From positions 77,476 to 141,475 of the forward strand of contig JAVVFY010000001.1 in assembly GCA_032249395.1 (NCBI GenBank): a stretch of DNA of 64,000 nucleotides, given 5' to 3'. This document shows positions 1 to 7,924 of the stretch, in pieces (position 1 is the stretch's first letter; every line of letters begins with the position of its first letter). The notes beneath the pieces are model-generated. The model saw only the letters and a list, made by a program, of their open reading frames with translations. It had not been told where the DNA came from and did not search any database. The translations under genes and the position numbers were made by a program. Source of the DNA: Candidatus Aenigmatarchaeota archaeon. Lineage in GTDB: Archaea > Aenigmatarchaeota > Aenigmatarchaeia > CG10238-14 > SpSt-28.

Positions 1-1123
1 GTACACCGTATTTTTTCCCATACTCATCGTTTATTCTTTTCATTATTTCTCTAACAACATTATCTACAGATGGCTCGATTGGTAACGCTTCAATCATTTC
101 GTCTTCGCCTATTTTACCTTTTTTTTTGAGTATTTCTATTTCTTCTTCTGTAAATCCAGCCTTTTTTGCATGTATTTTATCGAAATATTCTCTACTTGCT
201 TTCCATTTCTCTTCTGGAGCAAAAGGTTTCCAAGCCCATATTGTCATAGAATCTATTGAGAATGCTTGAGCTTCTGGTCTAAAAAATAGTTTCACCATCG
301 CTGTTCTTCCTCCAGATGAAGAAAGCATATCGTTTATCATTTTGTACCTAGCTATTAGTGGTTTTATCATTTCTTTATATTCTTTTACGGAATTTTCTCT
401 TGCTACAGCGAGTTCTTTTAATCTTTCATATCTTTGCCTTACTGTTGTTTCGAACATTTCTAGCCAACTCAAAAATAGTTTATTTTTTGTAGCAAGCACA
501 ACCTTTTCTGCATAAGAGACATCTAACTTTATCTCTTCGGGAGATTTCTCTTTATCCAATTTCATGAAGTCAGAAATTATAGTTGGCCATCTCGAGACTA
601 TTGAACGAAGAGCTATTGGTGTATTTGGAAGGTCTGTATGAATATCTACTTGGTCTATAAATATGGATCTTAGAGTTTGAATTGCTCTCATTCTCTTATT
701 TTTTGCTTCTTCAATCTTCTTCTCATCTTTTTCTCTTTTTATCGTTTCTTCTGCTTCTCTAATTTCATTAAAAATTTTTAAATATTCTCTGTATTTTCTT
801 AAATCGTGCAATATCAATTCTAAATCTGCATAAGCTTGAGCAATGCTTGCTAATCCATTCTTTATTTGTTGCATAAGTCTTTCTCTTTCTCCCAAAACCA
901 AGTCATAATATCCTTTGTTTATTTGAGAAACAAAAATACTCTCACTTACTTTAAATCTCTCGAAGCCCCACTTTCCTAGTTGAAACATTAGCCCATAATA
1001 AACTCCTGTACACTTACCCAGTGGAGCTGTAAAGTCGAGCAATATATTTTGATCTGGAGGATTTGCGTTTATTCCTTCTCCAGGTTTCATTCCTCTCCCA
1101 GGATATTGAGGATAATCAACCAT
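1..1123 (-). CDS. Hypothetical protein, partial (runs off the window start), helical/charged
   Basis: Manually read ORF from ATG at 1123 (MVDYPQYPGRGMKPGEG...LHDLRKYREYL...LRSIFIDQVDIH...); appears open to the window edge; not in the ORF track. Confidence 0.8.
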   Translation of the reverse strand, partial: MVDYPQYPGRGMKPGEGINANPPDQNILLDFTAPLGKCTGVYYGLMFQLGKWGFERFKVSESIFVSQINKGYYDLVLGERERLMQQIKNGLASIAQAYADLELILHDLRKYREYLKIFNEIREAEETIKREKDEKKIEEAKNKRMRAIQTLRSIFIDQVDIHTDLPNTPIALRSIVSRWPTIISDFMKLDKEKSPEEIKLDVSYAEKVVLATKNKLFLSWLEMFETTVRQRYERLKELAVARENSVKEYKEMIKPLIARYKMINDMLSSSGGRTAMVKLFFRPEAQAFSIDSMTIWAWKPFAPEEKWKASREYFDKIHAKKAGFTEEEIEILKKKGKIGEDEMIEALPIEPSVDNVVREIMKRINDEYGKKYGV

Positions 1124-1146
1124 ATTTATTTTTTGTTTTCAAGATA

Positions 1147-1305
1147 TTAGCTTTTTAAAAGAAAGATTCCAATACCTGTTAATATTATTCCTATTATTGT
1201 TGTTGCCTTTGCCATACCTTCTGGTTGATATTTATCCAAGAATGGAAAAAATATTATTAGAGAGAGACCAACTAAAATTAAAAAAATTCCCAATATTTTT
1301 CGCAT
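1147..1305 (-). CDS. Small membrane protein, 52 aa, two TM helices
   Basis: MRKILGIFLILVGLSLIIFFPFLDKYQPEGMAKATTIIGIILTGIGIFLLKS; AGGTGA SD upstream. Confidence 0.7.
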   Translation of the reverse strand: MRKILGIFLILVGLSLIIFFPFLDKYQPEGMAKATTIIGIILTGIGIFLLKS

Positions 1306-1310
1306 ATACT

Positions 1311-1454
1311 TCACCTAAAAATAAGCGCTAAGTATAAAAAAAGCATACCTAATAATAAGGCTATTTCAAATCCTCTCCTTTTGGTTGAGTAAATCGCAAT
1401 AAAAGTGAATAAGATGCCTAAAGTAAGAAATATGGAAAATATCAAAGCTCTCAT
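1311..1454 (-). CDS. Small membrane protein, 47 aa
   Basis: MRALIFSIFLTLGILFTFIAIYSTKRRGFEIALLLGMLFLYLALIFR; two hydrophobic segments; abuts the next small gene. Confidence 0.6.
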   Translation of the reverse strand: MRALIFSIFLTLGILFTFIAIYSTKRRGFEIALLLGMLFLYLALIFR

Positions 1455-1487
1455 AACACTTTTTTATTGATAGAGTAAATAAATATT

Positions 1488-2036
1488 ATGCCGATATTTG
1501 CAAGAACTAAGCTCGTTATTCATGAAGATTGTTTAGAAGTTCCGGGAAGTCCGTTGCCTGGAAAGAAATTCTTAACTTTAGAATATTACGGTCCAAATCC
1601 ACAAGCAGCATATTATTATGTCAAGAAGCTTCTTTCTCAAGTAACAAAAGTCCCGGAGAGCGAAATAATAGAGAGAGATTTTTCATGGAATAAAGAAGGA
1701 GATAATGAAAGTTTTAGTGTGACTTTTGATGTCATAAAGGATATGGATAGATTTAGTTTCATACAAATAAGTGTTAGTATGAAAGGGGAGATAAAAAAAA
1801 GTAAAGAAGTTGGTAAAGAAGGCAGTTTAAAAGTAAATATTGATGGATCGTTGAGGACAGAATATCCCCAAGACACTTTATGGCAAAGAAGCTTACTTTA
1901 TGAAATTTTTAGAGCTTTCTATCATAAATTCATATATGAAGATAGTAGAAAGAAATATAAGCAGGAGTGTTTAAATTTGATGAATGAGATATACTCTTCT
2001 CTTAAACAATTTCTTAATGTCCTACCACAAAGATAA
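1488..2036 (+). CDS. Hypothetical protein, paralog of 2039-2536
   Basis: 182-aa ORF sharing DCL, YxGPNP, ERxFxW and LxTEY motifs with the next gene. Confidence 0.75.
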   Translation: MPIFARTKLVIHEDCLEVPGSPLPGKKFLTLEYYGPNPQAAYYYVKKLLSQVTKVPESEIIERDFSWNKEGDNESFSVTFDVIKDMDRFSFIQISVSMKGEIKKSKEVGKEGSLKVNIDGSLRTEYPQDTLWQRSLLYEIFRAFYHKFIYEDSRKKYKQECLNLMNEIYSSLKQFLNVLPQR

Positions 2037-2038
2037 TT

Positions 2039-2536
2039 ATGGCGTCTTGGATTTTAGAAGACGATTGTCTTGCCCCAGAAAGATACGTAAGAATTGTTTA
2101 CAATGGTCCGAATCCATTTCACGCTTATCAGTCTTCTTACGCTATTTTTAGAAAAGTTATGGAAATCGATCCATCCGATTATCAAGAAAGAGAATTTAGA
2201 TGGGATATAACCGATGATCCTAGAGATTTTTATGTTAGAGTTATAGTCCAAAAGAATTTAGATTCTCGAAGCTCAATATATTTTGAAATAATAATGCAAG
2301 GCAAACAACCAACAGACCCTTCCAAAAATGGAACTTTAACTATATTAATTGGAGCGAAGCTTAAAACTGAATATGCGCTTAACACCCCATTTCAACAATC
2401 TTTTTTTTACAGGACGCTTCTTTGGTTTTATAATCATTTTTTCTATTTTGGTGTTAGAAGAAGATACATAAAGATGTGTAATGACTGGATGACAAATATA
2501 GTTAAAGCTTATAGAAAATTATTAAAACTTGAATAA
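2039..2536 (+). CDS. Hypothetical protein, paralog of 1488-2036
   Basis: 165-aa ORF with the same motifs, 2 nt downstream. Confidence 0.75.
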   Translation: MASWILEDDCLAPERYVRIVYNGPNPFHAYQSSYAIFRKVMEIDPSDYQEREFRWDITDDPRDFYVRVIVQKNLDSRSSIYFEIIMQGKQPTDPSKNGTLTILIGAKLKTEYALNTPFQQSFFYRTLLWFYNHFFYFGVRRRYIKMCNDWMTNIVKAYRKLLKLE

Positions 2537-2568
2537 AATAATTTTTAATTGCGAAAATAAAACTAAAA

Positions 2569-2847
2569 ATGCTGAGAATAAAGCTTCCATTCATAAGAGA
2601 AAATAAAGAAAGTAAGGAAACAAAAGAGACATTTACTCAATTTCAAGTACCTCAAAAAGAAACAAAAGAAGAAATAAACCAAACATCAATAAAGCAAAGA
2701 GAGGAAAAGAGTATGGAATTAGAAGTTATTTCAGCAAAAATTGATGCTTTGAAATTTCAGTATGAGGCTTTAAGCGAAAAAATAAATAATATAGAAAAGA
2801 TGGTAAAAGAAATTTATGAGATGGCTAAAAATTCTTCAAGTGTATGA
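2569..2847 (+). CDS. Hypothetical coiled-coil protein
   Basis: 92 aa with heptad-like C-terminus. Confidence 0.6.
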   Translation: MLRIKLPFIRENKESKETKETFTQFQVPQKETKEEINQTSIKQREEKSMELEVISAKIDALKFQYEALSEKINNIEKMVKEIYEMAKNSSSV

Positions 2848-2866
2848 AATTAAAAAATGATTTTAA

Positions 2867-3460
2867 ATGCTAAAACTAATAATAAATATGCCTATAACAC
2901 TAAAAAAACTAAAGGATCTTTTAACAAGTCCGCATGAAATACTACCAAAAATAGCAAAAGAAAGAAATGTGAATGAAGCGACAGTAATGCTAGTTATCAA
3001 CTGGGTTTTGATATCAACAGGGCTAGCATTATCATCACAAAACTATTCAATAATTCCAGCAGTTCTCGTTTTCGGTATAATAGCAACATTAGCTACCTCT
3101 TTCTTAATCCAACTTTCCCTAACAATACTCGGTGGAAAGGGGGATTACTCAAGCGCTTTAGCAGCGTCTACTTATCCCTTCTTCGGACTAGCTCTATCTT
3201 CATTAATAGTTTCTATAATATTCTTTTGGTCAGACAAGATTGCAGTAATTCTAGGGACTTTTCTCTTTGTGCTTTACTTAACAGTTGCCTTAACGGGAGC
3301 TTTTAGGGTTCTTAAAGAAAGTTTCAAAGTAGATATAATCACAGTTTGGATAGTAACAAGCTTATTAATGTTAGCAATATTTGGAAGTATGTATATAATG
3401 GTTGCAATTTATGTTCTTAAAGTAGGAACAACTCCTTTGCTTCTAACTTCAGTAGCTTAA
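2867..3460 (+). CDS. Yip1-like multi-pass membrane protein
   Basis: About 5 TM helices; LGGKGDY loop; start may be the ATG at 2888. Confidence 0.6.
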   Translation: MLKLIINMPITLKKLKDLLTSPHEILPKIAKERNVNEATVMLVINWVLISTGLALSSQNYSIIPAVLVFGIIATLATSFLIQLSLTILGGKGDYSSALAASTYPFFGLALSSLIVSIIFFWSDKIAVILGTFLFVLYLTVALTGAFRVLKESFKVDIITVWIVTSLLMLAIFGSMYIMVAIYVLKVGTTPLLLTSVA

Positions 3461-3504
3461 ACTTCTAATGCCTTCTTTTTATTTTTTCTTTTTAATTTGA
3501 GATA

Positions 3505-4665
3505 ATGATAGAAGTTGGTTTAATTGGTAAACCAAATGCAGGCAAATCTTCTTTTCTTAAAGCAGCCACATTACAAGATGTTAAAATTTCTCCAATACCA
3601 TTCACAACACTTAAACCAAACATAGCTTTAGCTTATGTGACAAAAGAATGTGCTTGTAGAGAATTTAACGTTAAATGTAATCCCAGACAAGGAGCTTGTA
3701 TAAACGGAATAAGATTTGTTCCAATTGGTTTATGGGATTTGCCAGGAATTGTTCCTGGAGCCCATGATGGTAGAGGTTTGGGATTGAAATTTTTAGATGA
3801 TATAAGAAAAACAAAAGCCTTAATCCATGTTGTGGATTTTTCTGGTTTGACAGATGCAGAAGGAAAGCCAACAGAAAACTATGATGTAGAAAAAGATATA
3901 AAGTTCGTTGAGGATGAAATAAACAATTGGTTTAGAGAGGTTATTAATAGAGGACTAGAAAAATATAAAAGAAATTTAAAAAATCTTTCAAAAGAAGAAC
4001 TAGTTGATATTTTAGTAAAACAGTTAAGCGGCTTAGAAGTAAAGAAGGAAGATATAGAAAAAACTTTAGATGCAGTTGGAATAGAAAATTTAGATGAATT
4101 TTCCAAAAGTTTAAGAGAAATTTCTAAACCAATTGTCATAGTTGCAAATAAAATAGATTTGGAAAGTGCTCAAAAAAATTATGAGAGAATAAAAACCAAA
4201 TACAGAAATATAATTCCTGTTAGCGCGGAGAGCGAAATTGCTTTAAGACTAGCGAGTAGTAAGGGTTTGATTGAATATTTTCCTGGAGATAGGGATTTTA
4301 TCATTAAAGGCAATTTAAGCAAACAACAAGAAATGGCTCTAGAGTTAATAAGAGAGAATGTATTAAAAAAGTTTGGTTCTACAGGAATACAAACTGCATT
4401 AAACTACACAGTTTTTGAAGTATTAAAATATATAGTTGTTTACCCTGTCGCTGATTCAAGCAAGCTTACAGATACTAAAGGAAATGTTTTGCCAGATGCT
4501 TTTCTAGTTCAAAAAGGTACTACACTAAAAGAATTTGCATTTTATATTCATACGGATATTGGAGAAAAGTTTATTTGTGGAATAGATGCAAGAAGCAAAA
4601 AGAGATTGTCAGCAGATTACGAACTTAAAGATAATGACGTTTTCGAGATAATATACAAAAAATAA
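3505..4665 (+). CDS. ychF: YchF/OBG-family translation-associated GTPase with TGS domain
   Basis: GKPNAGKS, PFTT, DLPG, GRGLG, NKID, C-terminal HTD/TGS. Confidence 0.9.
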   Translation: MIEVGLIGKPNAGKSSFLKAATLQDVKISPIPFTTLKPNIALAYVTKECACREFNVKCNPRQGACINGIRFVPIGLWDLPGIVPGAHDGRGLGLKFLDDIRKTKALIHVVDFSGLTDAEGKPTENYDVEKDIKFVEDEINNWFREVINRGLEKYKRNLKNLSKEELVDILVKQLSGLEVKKEDIEKTLDAVGIENLDEFSKSLREISKPIVIVANKIDLESAQKNYERIKTKYRNIIPVSAESEIALRLASSKGLIEYFPGDRDFIIKGNLSKQQEMALELIRENVLKKFGSTGIQTALNYTVFEVLKYIVVYPVADSSKLTDTKGNVLPDAFLVQKGTTLKEFAFYIHTDIGEKFICGIDARSKKRLSADYELKDNDVFEIIYKK

Positions 4666-4666
4666 A

Positions 4667-5542
4667 TTAGGGAGCGATATTAAAGTAAAATGTTTTTGAT
4701 TCTAGATAATTGCAAGACAATTCAATATTAGATACAACACTATCAAAATCTTTTTCTTTTAAGTAGGAAATCGTGTAGTTGCATGGAATTTCGACCTTGT
4801 TTCTGAGCTTCACATATACTTCGAAAGGTGCAATAAGCCTAGTATTGTTGTAAGAGCAAATTAAGTTGTTGTTGGATTGAAGTTTTATGCCAATTACACT
4901 TATACACGTCCCCCCACCCAAATTTTCAATAATTAATTTAAATGGTGCAACATTTCTTTTCCCTTCTTCGAAAACAAAATTCTTTGAATCGAAAGAAAAT
5001 GAAATATCTAAAGGAGATTTACCTATTTTCTTTTCTTTTATTCCCATGTTTTCTATTCCACCATACAATTTCAAGCTATTGTTGTTGACTGCATTTATAG
5101 TGAAATTTTTAGAAATACGCGGATTATAAAGCAGTTTCAATAATATAGGTATATTTTTCATCTCGCTGTTCACTTTTTCAATTTTAACATTTCCAAAAAA
5201 GTAAGTTATGTTTGCTTTTGGAGGAATTTTGGAAAACGTTTTTAAAGTTGTTGTGTTTGTCAAATAGTTTGAAGATATTGAAAATAGCTTCCCAGCTTCC
5301 ACCCAAACTTTAACGTTTTCTAATGGAACGTCATAAGTATTAACAATCGTAAAATTTAAGTTAAAATAATTATTAGACTTTAGGCTGGTATTTCCAATAA
5401 ATTTTATTGATAAGCCACCTTTAGGGGATTGTGAAGAAGGGGTTGAGGAAAACAAAGCAAAAATTATTAACACAAAAACAATTGCTATACCAATAATTAA
5501 AAAGATGGTAGTAGTGCTTATTTTTTTCTCGTTTCCATTCAT
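4667..5542 (-). CDS. Membrane-anchored extracellular beta-rich protein
   Basis: N-terminal TM helix, many N-x-S/T sites. Confidence 0.65.
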   Translation of the reverse strand: MNGNEKKISTTTIFLIIGIAIVFVLIIFALFSSTPSSQSPKGGLSIKFIGNTSLKSNNYFNLNFTIVNTYDVPLENVKVWVEAGKLFSISSNYLTNTTTLKTFSKIPPKANITYFFGNVKIEKVNSEMKNIPILLKLLYNPRISKNFTINAVNNNSLKLYGGIENMGIKEKKIGKSPLDISFSFDSKNFVFEEGKRNVAPFKLIIENLGGGTCISVIGIKLQSNNNLICSYNNTRLIAPFEVYVKLRNKVEIPCNYTISYLKEKDFDSVVSNIELSCNYLESKTFYFNIAP

Positions 5543-5585
5543 TTTATTTTTTTGTTTGTGAAATTAAAACCATTTGAAAAATAAA

Positions 5586-5677
5586 TGGGCTCGGTGGGAT
5601 TTGAACCCACGACCCCCCGCTTTCTTAGGAGCATCGCCATATAAGGCGGGTGCTCCACCAGGCTAAGCTACGAGCCC
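5586..5677 (-). tRNA. tRNA-Ile(UAU) with 18-nt intron at 37/38 (5622-5639)
   Basis: GGGCTCG/CGAGCCC acceptor stem; CCCGC-CT-TAT-A[intron]A-GCGGG; canonical BHB with CTTA/TAAG helix and TAT and AAA bulges; TTCAAAT T-loop. Confidence 0.9.
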
Positions 5678-5733
5678 ATTTTTAAAATTTTTGATAAGCA
5701 TTATTTATTTTTTAATACATACATAATAGTAAA

Positions 5734-7353
5734 ATGAGGGCTTTAATATTTATCAACTACTATTTTTTTCTTTTATTATTTATAATTTCAGTTCCTGCTT
5801 TTTCAGAGTGTTCCGGAAATCTTCAGATGTCAATAATTCCTAATCACATATATGGAGATGGATGGTTTACTGATCCTACGTCGATACTACTTCATTTTAG
5901 TGGCTTTAGTGGATGCCAAGGAAAATACGTTAGAATAAAAATGCCATCAGTAGAGGGCAACAGTTGCGAAAGTGGTACTTTACTTTTACATTGCGGAAAT
6001 GAAACATGTTCATTTTATGTTTCTCCTCCGAATAAGCCCGGAGAATACAAGTATTATGCTTGCATAGACATGAATGGAGACAACGATTATGATGATGAAG
6101 GAGAAAGAGCAGAAGCAACTTTAATAGTTGATTCATGTATGTTTGATGTAATGACTTTTGAATTATCTCCGTCTGAAGTTTATCCTTTAGTTGATGTTAG
6201 TGCTTATATTTATTTAGTTAAATGGATAAAGTGGAACGGATATATAACTCCTTCTAAACCTAATTGTACTGGTCAAAAGGCATACATAAAGGATTATAAA
6301 GGTTGTGACGAAGGATTGACTATAGCTGAATGCACATTTGATAAAAATGAATGTTTTGCGCAATTTAGAGCACCATCTCAAGCCGGCGAATATTTGTATT
6401 ATGCTTGCTTTAAGGGTTCTTCTAAAAGCAAAATTTTAAAAGTAAAAGAGTATCCAACTCCAACCCCATCTTGCGAAGGCTCAGTCAACCTATCATTATC
6501 TCCAAATCCTTCTAAAATTTTAGAGAATATAACTGCAAACATAAGCGGATTATCAAATTGCGACTGGAAGATAGCATACGTAAAAGATTATTTGGGTTGT
6601 ACAAGCGGAGAGACAATTGCTAAATGTACTTTAGGTTCATCAGGTTGCGTAACTAATTTTACAGCTCCTTCTCAAGAAGGAGAATACGGATATTATGCCT
6701 GTATAGATAAAAATGGCGATCAAGACTTCAATGATTCTGGAGAACAAAGCAACAAAGAGGTTTTAATTGTAACGCTACCAGCAAAATATTGTAAAGACGT
6801 TAGACCAGACATATTTTTACCGACAAAAAGAGTAACTTCAGAATCTAGTTTAACAGTTTCCATATATTTCAGATGTTTTGATTGGAACGTAAGTGTCAAA
6901 GATTTGGAAATTTTGTTGAAAATAGATGATTATGAATGGGGAGAATGTTTCGTCAATAATAAAAAAATATTAAGCTATTTTGGTTGGGATGGTAGTTGCG
7001 ATGAGAAAAAAGATGGTAGTTGCGGGAAAGATGGTGTTTGGGTTTGCGATTCTACATTTACTTGCAAGCATAGAGATTATGATATATGGATATCTTCAAA
7101 TTTTTCTGATTACTTTTTCAATTTATCATTTTTGTGCAAACTACCTTACTTATCTTCCGGCTATCATACTTTAGGTGTTTATGTAAAAATTTACCACAGT
7201 GAAACTTACCTTAAAGACGGAAAGGTCGCTTTTTATGTAGAAAATAGGTGGAAGGAAAAAGTTATGGAAATTTTATATCGTCCAATAAATTTTGTTGGTA
7301 ATTTTGTTAAAATTTTTATAAAGATTTTTAATTTTTCAAGTAATAATGTCTAA
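5734..7353 (+). CDS. Secreted cysteine-rich repeat surface protein
   Basis: Signal peptide; three ~105-aa repeats (KDYxGC..G.TIA.CT, GEYxYYAC). Confidence 0.7.
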   Translation: MRALIFINYYFFLLLFIISVPAFSECSGNLQMSIIPNHIYGDGWFTDPTSILLHFSGFSGCQGKYVRIKMPSVEGNSCESGTLLLHCGNETCSFYVSPPNKPGEYKYYACIDMNGDNDYDDEGERAEATLIVDSCMFDVMTFELSPSEVYPLVDVSAYIYLVKWIKWNGYITPSKPNCTGQKAYIKDYKGCDEGLTIAECTFDKNECFAQFRAPSQAGEYLYYACFKGSSKSKILKVKEYPTPTPSCEGSVNLSLSPNPSKILENITANISGLSNCDWKIAYVKDYLGCTSGETIAKCTLGSSGCVTNFTAPSQEGEYGYYACIDKNGDQDFNDSGEQSNKEVLIVTLPAKYCKDVRPDIFLPTKRVTSESSLTVSIYFRCFDWNVSVKDLEILLKIDDYEWGECFVNNKKILSYFGWDGSCDEKKDGSCGKDGVWVCDSTFTCKHRDYDIWISSNFSDYFFNLSFLCKLPYLSSGYHTLGVYVKIYHSETYLKDGKVAFYVENRWKEKVMEILYRPINFVGNFVKIFIKIFNFSSNNV

Positions 7354-7828
7354 GTTTTCTTGCTATTAAATTATCTAAACGAAAAGCTGTGATTAGTGTT
7401 GTTAAAGCATCATAGATTAGCTTTTTAGTATAGTTACCAACGTTTACATATTTTAAATCTATTTCATTTATACTCTTCCCCTCTATTATTCTTGCTCTTA
7501 TAGAATGCAAATAGTCAGTAACTACAACTAATTCTTTTATTCCGTATCCCCTCTCTTCAAACTTCTTTAATATGATCTCTAAGTTTTGAAGGTTTTCTCT
7601 AGTAGTTGTAGATGATTTTTCTTCCATTATTTGATATCCATGTTTTTTTAACTTTTCTACCATCATTTTTACTTTTTTATCAACTATAGTATCATATCCA
7701 CAAAAAATTATTATAGGTTTATTTCCCAAGGAACGTTCATAAATATAAAGTCTTATCGCCCCTAGAAGTCGGTTTTTTACTCTATCAAAATCGGATCCCA
7801 AAACTGCTATGATAGTTAGCATGTTCAT
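7328..7828 (-). CDS. YdcF/ElyC (DUF218) family protein
   Basis: IAVLG, IIFCG, EEKSSTTTREN, VVVTDYLHSIRA motifs. Confidence 0.7.
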   Translation of the reverse strand: MNMLTIIAVLGSDFDRVKNRLLGAIRLYIYERSLGNKPIIIFCGYDTIVDKKVKMMVEKLKKHGYQIMEEKSSTTTRENLQNLEIILKKFEERGYGIKELVVVTDYLHSIRARIIEGKSINEIDLKYVNVGNYTKKLIYDALTTLITAFRLDNLIARKLRHYYLKN

Positions 7829-7924
7829 AACTACTTTTAAGTAGTTTAAATTTAAATGTCTCTCTTAATAAAGACATCAACAAATATTTAATATTTATTG
7901 GGAGAATTTTAGAATGGTGAGAAA

